A stretch of 64,000 nucleotides of DNA from Marispirochaeta sp. (GCA_963676835.2 CAXXFF010000002.1:928001-992000), one strand, 5' to 3'; positions 1 to 9,883 are shown, counted from the first letter of the stretch. Translations and numbers: made by a program. Notes: generated from the sequence alone by a model not told the origin.

Positions 1-12
1 AATCAAGGTCTG

Positions 13-3000
13 CTATTTTCCGTAATAGACAAAGGGCGCCCAGTAAAAGGGGTGAGTATATGCTCCTCCGTTTTGGATAAACTCCCGCTTTGTTTGCGCC
101 GCAGCCCTTCCCCAGTCTTCGCCGTTTTCCGCTGCCCGGCTGTACATGCTGCTCATAAAGCGAACGGTAGATTCATCCGCAACCTGCCAGAGGGATACGG
201 AGAGGCTGTTGGCGCCGGCAACAAGAAATGCCTGGGTCAGACCGACCACGCCTTCGCCTCCGTAGATCTTTCCCAGGCCGGTTTCACAGGCAGAAAGATT
301 CACAAAGTCCGCTTCAAGATTCAGTTCCGAGATCTCCTTCATGGTCAGATATCCGTCTTCGCCATTTTCTTTCCCGTCTTTGTCCGGGGCAGCAAGAGAG
401 AGAACAAGGGCCGAGAGTTCCGGAACTTCGGGAACAACCAGGCCGTGAACGGCAAAGTGGAGATTCCTGTACCGCTTCAGCTCACCCGAGGCGGAATCTG
501 ATTTTAGTGTTGCCTCACTCACCTTTTTTCCGGTTACCGTAACCGAGCCGGGTATGATCTTTCCAATCTGCTGAACTTCCTTGAGGCTTCCCGGCAGGTT
601 CTGCCATTGCGACAGTCCCAGGTGATCAAAGGCTCCCCGGGTACTCTCTCCCCGTGCAATTGTATCGAGAGTTCCCGATATGAAGCCCGACAGTTCTCCG
701 CTGCTGCCGATTGCAGACTCTCCGGTTCCACTGTTCTCATACACTGCACCGCCGAAAGCAATCAGCGGCTTTCTCGAATCCGGATAAATCCGTGAGGATG
801 TCAACTCCGAGAGCGCGAAGCTCTGGGTGTAGCGGATGGTGTATTTCTCTGCCATGTAATGTCCGTCGGGCATGATCAGGGTTTCAAAGGGAAGAAAGGC
901 AAGGATGCCGTCGGGCCGGATAATCAGATTGTCTTTATCTGCAATCTGCTGCTCTATGTCGCCGAACAGGAATGTATAAAGCCGGGAGGCGATAAACTCT
1001 CTCTTTCTTTTCTGCTCCGCTGATTCACCGGGAGAGGTGAGCAGCTTGCGGTAGTAAGTGACAATTTTTTCCAGATCCTCCAGGGATGAATTATCCGAAC
1101 TCTCTTCTTGTTGCTCATGGCTGACTTTCACCCCTCGCAGGCTGTCGTAGAGTGCAGCGATTTCATTTTGATGAAGGGCGTTGACCTGTGAGATGAAATC
1201 ACTGCTGTTGGTTCTTGCTCCGCTGATATTGCGGTTATCAGCAGCTATGCGGACGCTGTTTTTCCATCCGGTATTTGCAAATGAAATTACCACGGTAGAG
1301 TTGTCCAGGGTCTTGCGGAGCTGATCGATACCTGAAAAATCCGCAGCCCTTCTGTCCTCTTCCGCACCAATCTGTTCCCTTAAGTAAAGGGCTGCAGAAT
1401 TCTCTATTGAGTCAAAAGCTGCTGCAAAATCCCCGGTACGGACAAGTGCGGCGGTCAGCCATTGATAGGTATTCATTGTGGAAGAGAGGTAATCCCTGCG
1501 GAGAGTGCCTTTGGCTGTGATGCGCAGTTTATCTTTTATCTCAAGACTTTGCCTGAAGGACTTAAGGGCGGCATCCAGTTTGCTGATTCTGAAATAGCAG
1601 ACGCCAATGTTGTTGAGCACTGCAGCTTCATCCGGCAGGGCACCGATTTCTCTGTTTATTTTCAGCGCTGCAATGTGATATTCCAGAGCTTCGGCATTAT
1701 TATCTCTTTTTTCTTCCACCAGACCAAGCAGACCCAGTGCAAAAGCTTCCTGGTCCCGGATCCCTGTCTCCTTGCAGATAGTCAGGGATTTTCTGAAGAA
1801 TTCTTCTGCTGTCTCCAGTTTTCCTTTCTGGGCCATCCAGTATCCGAGATTGTTTAAAAAGAGCGGGAGGTCGTGCTGTTTTCCCCTCCTCTCCATCTGT
1901 TCAAGAGCAAGGGTGAAGTAGTCTACAGCTTTCTTCTCATCATTCAGGGAGCTGTAAACTACCCCTAAATTGTTATAGTCCATGGCGATATTTCCGGGGC
2001 TGTTGCGTGTTTTGTCTATTTCCAGTGCCCGGAAATGGTATTCCAGGGCTTTGTCGTATTTGCCCCATTTCTGGTAGACAATACCTATGCTGGACAAGGT
2101 ATCGCTTACGGATTGTTCATCTCCCGCTGCTTCCGCCATGGCGAGGGCCTTGTGGAAATAGTCCATGGCGGTGTCGTATTTTCCCGCGTTTCTATAGGCG
2201 GAACCCAGATCGGCCATAACACCGGCTATCTCCGACTCATCGGAAATCTGCTGCGCCAGAACCAGCGCCTCCCTGTGAAAATCAAGGGCAGTTGAAGAAA
2301 GACCCATATCCGAGTAGAGCCTTCCCAGACGGGTCAGCATTTCCAGGATGTCTTCGTTCCTCTCCAGATCCCTGTTCAGTTGCAGGGCGTGCCGGTATTT
2401 TTCTACCGCTTCTTCATATTTGCCCCGGGCCCACAAAAGGGTTCCTATATTCTGTATGTCCCAGGCTAACCTTCCCTGGTTTTCCAGCTCTTCATCGAGA
2501 GCAAGGGCCTTCTGGTATGCAGCCATGGCTTCGTTGGTGCGGTTCAGCACCCTGAAGCAGTCCCCCATGTTCCGGTAGCTGATAGCCAGGGCATCTTTGC
2601 TTTCAAGGCCTTCCATAATGGCAATGCCTTCCCGGTAATGTTCTATGGCTTTCAGGTCTTCACCCTTCCATGATCTTATTGCCGCAAGATTGGCAAGAAT
2701 ATTTGCCAGTTCACTCTGATTTTTTCCATCCCTGAACATGGGCAGGGCCTCCTCGTAATAGGGGAGGGCTTCATTGTACTGGTCATTATCCAGCAGGACC
2801 CAGCCTATTCCCTTCAGGTCGTGGGCAACTGTATCGGAGGAGGCGCTTTTTCTGTCGATTTTCAAAAGCTTTTTGTAGTGTTCCACATGGTCATACCACT
2901 GGCCGCCGCGTTCTGCGAGATCTACAGCTTCCTTCAGCAGCTCCCGGGCGGATGCTTCGTCACCGCTGGCCGTGCGGATATCTGCGAGAAGGCTCAGGTC

Positions 3001-4455
3001 CCATGCCTGGCTTCCTTTCCGGTCAAGCTCCCGGTTGATGGCCAGGGCCTCCTGAAGCGGTTCTTCCGCTTCGCTGTATCTGGTAAGGAGGATCCGGGCT
3101 TTTCCAAGGTCGTTCAGAACCGCAGCTGCCCTGCCGGAATCTTCAAGCCGGCGGAAAATTGCAAGGGCACTGTTAAGGTGAGTTTCGGCCTCCTCCGCCC
3201 GGACCAGATCCATACAGCATTGAGCCATGTAATGGAGTTCGATGGCTTCATCTTTTTCGGAATTTATCACCCGGGCTGCATCCCGTGATTCTGTAAAAAG
3301 GTCCAGCGCCTCATCGATTGAGCCGAGGTCCCGCAGGGCTACTCCTGCATTGTGAGCCCTGTAACAGACCGCCTTCGGGTCACTCAGCTCTTTTCCGATT
3401 GCCAAAGCCCTGCGGTAGAGGGGAAGGGCACTTTCGTAATCCTTCAGGGCTGCAAATGTGAGGCCGGCTCTGTTGGCGGTTGATCCTGTCCACTCTTTGC
3501 GGGGGTCTTGTGCCTTGTCCTCCATTTTTATCGCCTGAAGAAATCGCCTTGCTGCTTGTTGGCTGCTGCCATTGTCACGAAGGATTGTGCCCAGTGCATA
3601 GAATCGGTCCGCAAGATAGTGTTCGTCAAAAAGGTATTCGTGGTCATTAACGGGATGCAGCTCGAGGGTATAGTCTGTCATCTGATCCGGCCCGGGGGCA
3701 ACGGCATAATCTGTCTCATCGGCAGCTGTTATCGATTCCTCTGCTGCGGTAACGGTAAGTCTGTTGACGGCGACCTTAAGATTGCCCAGAAGCTGGATGC
3801 CGGTATTGCCGCCGGTGATGCCGGAAAAAGGGATCTCCCCGATATAGTGACGGTTAATAAAGAGTTCCAGTACATCGCCCCGCTGCTTTACCGCTATGAG
3901 ATTTGCTGCATCGTCGCGGTTTATATAGCTGTTCTGTATCCACTCACTCCCTTTCTGGGGAGATCCGTTCAGCCATGTTCCATGGGAGTAATAACCGTTG
4001 GCGCTGATAAGAAAGGTGAAGCCTTCACTGTTTTCGCCGAATCCCCAGGAGAGTCCATAGACTCCATTTTCCTGGCCGCTTAACTTGGTAATTTCCGCTT
4101 CGATAATAGTGGTTCCCGATTCGGGAAGTTCTGCATTATCCCATATGCACCAGGGGCCGCTCTCCCGGCGGTGCTCAAAAATAAGCTGTCCGTTTTCTAT
4201 GGTGGAGAAAACCTTGGAGTTGTCGTATTCAGGCCAGTTGCTGCTCTTGTCGGAAAAATCCTCATTATAGAGGAGAGTCTCCCTGATGGAGACCCCGGGC
4301 TCTTCGGTTTTCTTAGAAGCCTCACCTGCTTCACGATCCGGCCCGCTTGCACAGGAAATAATCAGCAGTGAAAGAAGCAATGGCAGAATAATTTTAACCG
4401 GTCCCGGTCTTCGACCGCTGATTTTTATATGAGTATACCGGTTGAATCTTTTCAT
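13..4455 (-). CDS. Lipoprotein with N-terminal beta-sandwich (DUF1080/LamG-like) domain, long TPR array and C-terminal CHAT (caspase-like) protease domain
   Basis: 1480 aa. Hydrophobic signal ending LIISC35. Many ~40-aa TPR-like repeats (e.g. NLGVVY..L...KAVDYF..AL). CHAT motifs PDGILAFLPFE, LHFAVHG (His), LSACETG (Cys), SLWQVAD, HPFYWAPF. Confidence 0.9.
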   Translation of the reverse strand: MKRFNRYTHIKISGRRPGPVKIILPLLLSLLIISCASGPDREAGEASKKTEEPGVSIRETLLYNEDFSDKSSNWPEYDNSKVFSTIENGQLIFEHRRESGPWCIWDNAELPESGTTIIEAEITKLSGQENGVYGLSWGFGENSEGFTFLISANGYYSHGTWLNGSPQKGSEWIQNSYINRDDAANLIAVKQRGDVLELFINRHYIGEIPFSGITGGNTGIQLLGNLKVAVNRLTVTAAEESITAADETDYAVAPGPDQMTDYTLELHPVNDHEYLFDEHYLADRFYALGTILRDNGSSQQAARRFLQAIKMEDKAQDPRKEWTGSTANRAGLTFAALKDYESALPLYRRALAIGKELSDPKAVCYRAHNAGVALRDLGSIDEALDLFTESRDAARVINSEKDEAIELHYMAQCCMDLVRAEEAETHLNSALAIFRRLEDSGRAAAVLNDLGKARILLTRYSEAEEPLQEALAINRELDRKGSQAWDLSLLADIRTASGDEASARELLKEAVDLAERGGQWYDHVEHYKKLLKIDRKSASSDTVAHDLKGIGWVLLDNDQYNEALPYYEEALPMFRDGKNQSELANILANLAAIRSWKGEDLKAIEHYREGIAIMEGLESKDALAISYRNMGDCFRVLNRTNEAMAAYQKALALDEELENQGRLAWDIQNIGTLLWARGKYEEAVEKYRHALQLNRDLERNEDILEMLTRLGRLYSDMGLSSTALDFHREALVLAQQISDESEIAGVMADLGSAYRNAGKYDTAMDYFHKALAMAEAAGDEQSVSDTLSSIGIVYQKWGKYDKALEYHFRALEIDKTRNSPGNIAMDYNNLGVVYSSLNDEKKAVDYFTLALEQMERRGKQHDLPLFLNNLGYWMAQKGKLETAEEFFRKSLTICKETGIRDQEAFALGLLGLVEEKRDNNAEALEYHIAALKINREIGALPDEAAVLNNIGVCYFRISKLDAALKSFRQSLEIKDKLRITAKGTLRRDYLSSTMNTYQWLTAALVRTGDFAAAFDSIENSAALYLREQIGAEEDRRAADFSGIDQLRKTLDNSTVVISFANTGWKNSVRIAADNRNISGARTNSSDFISQVNALHQNEIAALYDSLRGVKVSHEQQEESSDNSSLEDLEKIVTYYRKLLTSPGESAEQKRKREFIASRLYTFLFGDIEQQIADKDNLIIRPDGILAFLPFETLIMPDGHYMAEKYTIRYTQSFALSELTSSRIYPDSRKPLIAFGGAVYENSGTGESAIGSSGELSGFISGTLDTIARGESTRGAFDHLGLSQWQNLPGSLKEVQQIGKIIPGSVTVTGKKVSEATLKSDSASGELKRYRNLHFAVHGLVVPEVPELSALVLSLAAPDKDGKENGEDGYLTMKEISELNLEADFVNLSACETGLGKIYGGEGVVGLTQAFLVAGANSLSVSLWQVADESTVRFMSSMYSRAAENGEDWGRAAAQTKREFIQNGGAYTHPFYWAPFVYYGK

Positions 4456-4610
4456 ATGCAGCTCCTTTTTCCGGCTAATCTACTTAAGTTGTTAATCGAT
4501 ATTTTTATGGATCTCAGATGTAAGTTTATCACGAAATTCTTAAGTGTCCTTTACTCATCTTACCGGCTTCTGCTATGAAACTTTTTCTTCCGTCATTCGC
4601 AGACAGGGTC

Positions 4611-4633
4611 TATAATATTTCTTGCATGCAACG
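4611..4633 (+). promoter_or_regulatory. -10 box (TATAAT 4611-4616) followed by palindromic operator TTGCATGCAA (4622-4631)
   Basis: Same 10-bp palindrome occurs at 41022, 41086, 46356 and 46376. Here it overlaps the expected transcription start of the ECF operon. Confidence 0.7.
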
Positions 4634-4671
4634 TTTGACATCTGAGGAGAAAAACAGTTCAGGAGGATCAA

Positions 4672-5292
4672 ATGGCAGATTCTGTAAATGATGGAAAATC
4701 CGTATGGGAAGTTCAGGAAGGTGAACGCCGCTCCATAGGAGTTATTCACATTGTAATTACTGCCCTGCTTATCGGTGTCGGTTTTGTTGTCGGTGCTTTC
4801 GGAAGTATCAGTTTCCCCCTTGGTTTCGGTGTAAACTTTTTCTGGACGGGAATTGCTGTACAGCAGGTTGGACCTATCTGGTTCGGCGCCTGGGGTATAA
4901 TTGCGGGAACCGTTTTCCCCTTCTTTTCCAACGCAATTGCCGGTACTCCCTTCTATGTCTCTCTGGCATATATTCCGGCAAACCTGGTACAGGCCCTTCT
5001 TCCTGCGCTGCTCTTCAAGAAATTCGGTTGTGACCCCCGCCTTAAGAGCGCCAGGGATTTCGCGATTCTTCTGCTTGCAATGCTTGTCTCTTCCGCTTTC
5101 GGCGCCCTCTGGTCTCCTCTGGTTGTTCTCCGCAGCTTCGGTCTGCTGACTGCAGAGTCTGTACCCCTCTTTATCTGGGGCTGGTTCGGCGGTAATGTTG
5201 TGGCTGGACTGGTGTTCAACTTTGTTCTCTTAAAAGCACTGTCAGGTGTTGTTATAAAGACTCCGGCATTTGTTAAACGCTGGTGGGCCTGA
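4672..5292 (+). CDS. ECF transporter substrate-specific (S) component, unknown substrate
   Basis: 206 aa, about 6 TM helices, FGAWGIIAG motif, AGGAGG RBS. Lies directly upstream of ECF T, A and A' genes. Confidence 0.75.
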   Translation: MADSVNDGKSVWEVQEGERRSIGVIHIVITALLIGVGFVVGAFGSISFPLGFGVNFFWTGIAVQQVGPIWFGAWGIIAGTVFPFFSNAIAGTPFYVSLAYIPANLVQALLPALLFKKFGCDPRLKSARDFAILLLAMLVSSAFGALWSPLVVLRSFGLLTAESVPLFIWGWFGGNVVAGLVFNFVLLKALSGVVIKTPAFVKRWWA

Positions 5293-5310
5293 TACGCAAC
5301 TGTTAACTAG

Positions 5311-5340
5311 CGGGCGGTAATCTTGCCGCCCGATTTTTTC
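5311..5340 (+). terminator. Intrinsic terminator or stabilising hairpin between S and T genes
   Basis: CGGGCGGTAA-TC-TTGCCGCCCG stem (one G:U) followed by ATTTTTT. Confidence 0.7.
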
Positions 5341-5363
5341 TACAAGCTAAGAGGTTACCCTCA

Positions 5364-6230
5364 ATGAATAAGACGCTTCTCGGATATGTTCCCGAAGCGT
5401 CCTTCATCTACCGGGTTCATCCCACGGTGAAGGTGCTTTTTCTTTTAATAGTCAGTCTGTTTCCCATGTTTATAAGTGCGGTTGAGTGGAATGTGCTTCT
5501 CATAGGTGTTCTGCTTTTTCTCATAGTAGTCAGCCGGGTTGATATGCGCAGTCTGCGTATGTACGTGCCGGTGGCAATCTCCATGGGTACAATTATTCTT
5601 CTTTCTTATACGGTACTCGGCGGAAGGCATCCCCAGTATCAGGTGGTGGCACAGCTTTTGGGTGTGCCCTTCTACTGGGAACGGATCCGCGATGCCCTGG
5701 TGGTCTATTTCCGGATTCTTCCCATGATTCTTACTATGGTCTTTTTCCTGAGCACTACCCGGGAGCGGGAGATAATTGCCGCCTTCCGGGCTGTACGTAT
5801 ACCTTTTGTAATAACTTACGTAATGGCAATGTCCATGCGGGCTGCCGGTATGGTGCTTGAGGATTTCCGTATTGTACGCCAGGCGGAGCAGGCCCGGGGC
5901 TTCGATACAAAAGGAAAATCAATAGGCTATAAAATCCGAAAGTATGTAATGTACATGATTCCCCTCTTTGCACTGTCTCTCAGGCGGTCAGAAGAGTTTA
6001 CCAACGCCCTGGTTGCCAGGGGTTACAGCTTCAGGTCGAAGATAAAGCGGCCGGATTATATCCTCAGCCGGTATACCTTCGCCTGGTGGGACGGCTTTGC
6101 CTGTCTTTTGCTGATTGCGCTTTTCATCGTTCTGCTCGTGGCCCGTTACCGTTACGGCCGTTTTACCATGGAAGATTCAATTCTGCTTGCCTGGCTTAAG
6201 ACGCTGCTTTTAAAAGGAAAACAGCTATGA
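5364..6230 (+). CDS. ecfT: ECF transporter transmembrane T component (CbiQ family)
   Basis: HPTVK N-terminal motif and two conserved ARG motifs (QARGF, VARGY). Confidence 0.9.
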   Translation: MNKTLLGYVPEASFIYRVHPTVKVLFLLIVSLFPMFISAVEWNVLLIGVLLFLIVVSRVDMRSLRMYVPVAISMGTIILLSYTVLGGRHPQYQVVAQLLGVPFYWERIRDALVVYFRILPMILTMVFFLSTTREREIIAAFRAVRIPFVITYVMAMSMRAAGMVLEDFRIVRQAEQARGFDTKGKSIGYKIRKYVMYMIPLFALSLRRSEEFTNALVARGYSFRSKIKRPDYILSRYTFAWWDGFACLLLIALFIVLLVARYRYGRFTMEDSILLAWLKTLLLKGKQL

Positions 6231-7087
6231 GTAACACCGCAGTTAAAATTACCGGCTATACCTGGAAGTATCTTCACAGTGATTCCGAAGCCCTCAGAAA
6301 TATCGATTTTGAGATTTTCACCGGAGAGTGTGTGGGGCTTATCGGGTCAAACGGCTCGGGGAAAACAACTTTAGCCAACTCCATCGACGGTCTTGTCCCG
6401 GGGCAGTACCACGGTATAAAAAAAGGACGCGTGGAAGTTTTCGGTACGGAAGTTGAGGAGTACGAACGGGGCGAACTCCAGCGTACTGTTGGGTTGGTCT
6501 TTTCCGACCCGGAAGCACAGTTTACCGCCATGACCGTGGAGGATGAACTGGTATTCGGGCTGGAAAATCTGGGGCTGCCCATTCCTGAAATTCAGAAGCG
6601 CCTTGACTGGGCCTGTGAGCTTGCGGATCTGACACCCCTGCTGGATAAACCGCCCTATGAGATATCCGGCGGGCAGAAGCAGCGGGTGGCCCTGGCGGCA
6701 ATGCTTGCCATGCAGCCGAAGATTCTTATTCTGGATGAACCCACCGCCATGCTTGATCCGGTATCCCGGCAGAAGATATTTGATGTTCTTGCCCGGCTGC
6801 GGGAAGAGCGGGAAATTACCATGATACTCATAGAGCACAGCCTGGAGCATATTATTCCTCTGGCAGACCGGATGGTGCTGCTGGGGGATGGTAAAATAGT
6901 ACATCAGGCGCCTGTCCGGGACTTCTTTAATGATCTTGCCCGGGTTAAAGCCGAAGGGATTCATCTGCCCGGAGCAGTAGGCTTTTCCGGCTGGCTGCGG
7001 GAGCAGGGCCTGGCAGAGACAGAGCCTGCAATAAGTGTTGAAGAAGCAGCAGGTCAGGTACGGCAGGCTCTTGGAGGAAAGGTATGA
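6227..7087 (+). CDS. ecfA: ECF transporter ATPase
   Basis: Walker A GSNGSGKTT, signature ISGGQKQR, Walker B ILILDEPT. ATGA overlap with the T gene. Confidence 0.9.
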   Translation: MSNTAVKITGYTWKYLHSDSEALRNIDFEIFTGECVGLIGSNGSGKTTLANSIDGLVPGQYHGIKKGRVEVFGTEVEEYERGELQRTVGLVFSDPEAQFTAMTVEDELVFGLENLGLPIPEIQKRLDWACELADLTPLLDKPPYEISGGQKQRVALAAMLAMQPKILILDEPTAMLDPVSRQKIFDVLARLREEREITMILIEHSLEHIIPLADRMVLLGDGKIVHQAPVRDFFNDLARVKAEGIHLPGAVGFSGWLREQGLAETEPAISVEEAAGQVRQALGGKV

Positions 7088-7917
7088 GCTACATTGAAGT
7101 TACCGATCTTGTCTATACCTATCCCGACGGCACCAATGCAATTAAAGATGTAAGCCTGCGGATCGAATCCGGGGAGATGCTGGCATTGATCGGCCAGAAC
7201 GGTTCGGGGAAGACAACCCTTTCAAAGTGCCTCAACGGTCTCTTGATGCCAAGCTCCGGCTCCGTTGTGGTTGACGGACATGATTCCAGAAAAACCTCCA
7301 TTTCCGATATGGTCCGCCGGGTTGGCTATGTATTCCAGAATCCGGATCACCAGCTCTTCAACGCAACCTGCAGAGATGAAATTGCCTACGGGCCGAAGAA
7401 TATCGGTATAAATAAAGAGGAGACCGCCGAGCGGGTTGCCGAAGCCGCCGAGGTTGTCGGCCTGGCAGCGGAACATCTGGAGGAGCACCCCTTTTTCCTG
7501 CCCAAGGGCTTACGGCAGCGGGTAGCCATTGCCGCTATTCTTGCGCTCCGTCCCCAGGTAATAATTGTAGATGAGCCCACTACGGGACAGGATGCCCGGC
7601 AGGCCCGGGAAATTATGGAGTTTTTAACCCGGCTGAACCGGGAGCACGGGCATACGGTTATTATCATTACCCACGATATGGATATTGTTGCGACCTATAC
7701 AACGCGCATCCTTGCCATGGCGAACGGCCTTCTGGTGGCCGATGGAGATTCCCGGGATATTTTCTCCAATCAGGAAATCCTTACCCTGGCCTCCCTTGCG
7801 CCTCCCCAGATTACCCGGCTGGCCCAGGCTCTGGGTGATATGGGCTTTGGGAGAGGTATACTCTCTGTGGATGAGATGGTTGAGGCTTTCAGTCGCCGCA
7901 AAAAGGCAGCGGGATAA
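7084..7917 (+). CDS. ecfA: ECF transporter ATPase (A')
   Basis: Walker A GQNGSGKTT, FQNPDHQ Q-loop, degenerate signature LPKGLRQR, VDEPTTGQD. Confidence 0.9.
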   Translation: MSYIEVTDLVYTYPDGTNAIKDVSLRIESGEMLALIGQNGSGKTTLSKCLNGLLMPSSGSVVVDGHDSRKTSISDMVRRVGYVFQNPDHQLFNATCRDEIAYGPKNIGINKEETAERVAEAAEVVGLAAEHLEEHPFFLPKGLRQRVAIAAILALRPQVIIVDEPTTGQDARQAREIMEFLTRLNREHGHTVIIITHDMDIVATYTTRILAMANGLLVADGDSRDIFSNQEILTLASLAPPQITRLAQALGDMGFGRGILSVDEMVEAFSRRKKAAG

Positions 7918-7922
7918 AGGCC

Positions 7923-8450
7923 ATGCAGTTTGTCCAGGTGTTCGGGAAAGATGAGCTTCTGGACCGGATAAAAGAGGGCGGCAGTACCGGAAGCCACCTG
8001 ATTTCAATTAATGACCCCGGTGATAACGATACTCCTGAAGTCTTTACAGAGCAATTTCAATCTATACTGCGTCTGGAATTCTGGGATGCTGAAACGGTTG
8101 AGGAACTGTCCGATAAATATGTTCCAAAGCGTATACCGCAACGGCAGGATGCAGAAGCAGTAATAGAATTCTTCAATAACACAGAAGAGGTCGCCTCGGG
8201 CTATACCCTTCACTGCCGCCGGGGTATTTCCCGCAGTCCCGCTGCAGCCCTGGGGCTCTGGTATCTGATACTCGGTGAAGAACGGGCCGCCTCGGATGCC
8301 CTGATAGCCCAGCGCCGCCAGGCCGTTCCGAACAGAACCTTTGTAGCTTTCTTTGATGAGATTCTCGGGAGCCGTCTGCAGGACTTCCGGAATACCGTCT
8401 ATGCATCACGCATGGCGGCGGTGCGGAAGAATTTTCTGAAAGACAAATAA
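7923..8450 (+). CDS. Protein-tyrosine/dual-specificity phosphatase-like protein
   Basis: HCRRGISRS (CX5R P-loop), LISINDP and LRLEFWD motifs, PN near C-terminus. Confidence 0.8.
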   Translation: MQFVQVFGKDELLDRIKEGGSTGSHLISINDPGDNDTPEVFTEQFQSILRLEFWDAETVEELSDKYVPKRIPQRQDAEAVIEFFNNTEEVASGYTLHCRRGISRSPAAALGLWYLILGEERAASDALIAQRRQAVPNRTFVAFFDEILGSRLQDFRNTVYASRMAAVRKNFLKDK

Positions 8451-8471
8451 AAATATTGATTAATGAATAAC

Positions 8472-8514
8472 TTGGTGTATAATTGACACTATAAAAGTGT
8501 AAAAATTACACTAA
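8472..8514. promoter_or_regulatory. Two tandem NrtR operators (GT-N7-AC core)
   Basis: GTGT-ATAATTG-ACAC (8475-8489) and GTGT-AAAAATT-ACAC (8497-8511), 22 bp apart, abutting the nrtR RBS. Confidence 0.8.
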
Positions 8515-8524
8515 GGAGGTGGGT

Positions 8525-9205
8525 ATGTACTCATACAAATACCCCCATCCGGCGGTAACCGTGGACTGTGTGGTTTTCGGCCTGGATGATGACGAACTGA
8601 AAATACTGCTTGTTCGCAGAAAGCTGGAGCCCTATAAAAACTGCTGGGCCCTTCCGGGAGGCTTTGTGCAGATGGATGAGGATCTTGCTGCTGCCGCCCG
8701 CCGGGAGCTTCAGGAAGAGACCGGAGTAAAGGACATTTATCTGGAGCAGCTGGGAGCCTACGGCACTCCGGAGCGTGACCCGCGGGAGCGGGTAATTACC
8801 ATCGCTCATCTGGCCATCGTCAACCTCTTTGATCACCCCGTACAGCCCGATACGGACGCTGAAGAGGCCGCCTGGTTTTCCCTGGATGACCTGCCGGAAC
8901 CCGCCTTTGACCACTGCCGCATTATTAAAGACGGCCTTGAACGGCTTCAGCAGAAGGCCGGGGAGGAGCCGCTGGTTTTTGCTTTTCTGCCGGAAGAGTT
9001 TACCCTGAGCCAGGTTCAGACGGTCTATGAGGCAGTGCTGTGCAAAAGTCTGGATAAACGGAATTTCCGCAAGAAGCTCCTCGCCACCGGTCTTGTTATG
9101 GAAACGGAGCATTACGAAATAGATGTTTCTCACCGGGCTGCCAGATTCTACCGCTTTGACCGGGAAGGTTTCCGGGCGGGAGACGAGTTCCGGGTCAGGA
9201 TCTGA
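8525..9205 (+). CDS. nrtR: NrtR-family regulator (NUDIX domain plus winged HTH)
   Basis: VTVDCVVF, WALPGGF, Nudix box RRELQEETG, RDPRER, LPEEFTLSQ, DKRNFRKK. ATG at 8525 follows AGGAGG; the ORF track starts at GTG 8519. Confidence 0.9.
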   Translation: MYSYKYPHPAVTVDCVVFGLDDDELKILLVRRKLEPYKNCWALPGGFVQMDEDLAAAARRELQEETGVKDIYLEQLGAYGTPERDPRERVITIAHLAIVNLFDHPVQPDTDAEEAAWFSLDDLPEPAFDHCRIIKDGLERLQQKAGEEPLVFAFLPEEFTLSQVQTVYEAVLCKSLDKRNFRKKLLATGLVMETEHYEIDVSHRAARFYRFDREGFRAGDEFRVRI

Positions 9206-9220
9206 TAGGGAGGTATAAAT

Positions 9221-9883
9221 ATGCTAACAAGTAATGGTGCTGCTATAAGCAAGGATGCTGTACACACAATCGAGGTCTTCGGGTCTGATACTGTACTGAT
9301 CCCTGCAGATATGGCTGTATTCACCTTTTCCGCGGTTGCCGAAAATATCAATGTAAAAATGGCTACCGCCGAAGTCTATCAATTGACTAAAGAAATTGAT
9401 GAAGTTCTGAAAGACTGGAGTACCGTAAAGATAGAAACATCACGGATACAGCTGCAGAGGAATTATAATCAGCGGCAGCACAATGATTCGATGAGTTTTA
9501 TAGCTGCAATCAGATACCGGATTACTCTTATCGATTTCGATGAGATAGCAGATCTCACCGACCTGGTTATTTCTCTTGGTATTACCGAAGTCGGCGCTCC
9601 CCGGTTCATGACATCAAAGCTGAAGAAATATCGGGCACTGGCGCGGACAAATGCGATAAAAGCCGCTCGGGAAAAGGCTGAAATATACTGCGCGCAGGAA
9701 AATATGAAAGTAGGATTTCCTGTCAAAATTGTCGATCAGAATCCGGACTATCTTGAAGGCCGTAGTCACAGTGAAACCGCATATCTTCTTGATCAGATCT
9801 CGGGGAAATCCCCCGAGTTTGCAGAAAGCGATACAATTACCGTAAGTGGAGCGGTGAAGGTGCTGTATGAACTCCAGCGATGA
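9221..9883 (+). CDS. SIMPL/DUF541-family protein
   Basis: TIEVFG..PADMA N-terminus, ARTNAIKAAREKAE helix, ITVSGAVKVLYEL C-terminus. No clear signal peptide. Confidence 0.75.
   Translation: MLTSNGAAISKDAVHTIEVFGSDTVLIPADMAVFTFSAVAENINVKMATAEVYQLTKEIDEVLKDWSTVKIETSRIQLQRNYNQRQHNDSMSFIAAIRYRITLIDFDEIADLTDLVISLGITEVGAPRFMTSKLKKYRALARTNAIKAAREKAEIYCAQENMKVGFPVKIVDQNPDYLEGRSHSETAYLLDQISGKSPEFAESDTITVSGAVKVLYELQR

Noticed and set aside
1500..3600. Periodic sequence similarity suggesting a repeat array
   Set aside because: Explained by TPR protein repeats; no identical DNA repeats with spacers, so not CRISPR.
4456..4671. Vitamin riboswitch upstream of the ECF S component
   Set aside because: No TPP, FMN, cobalamin or SAM consensus recognised, and the -10 box leaves only about 50 nt of leader. 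A covariance-model search would confirm.
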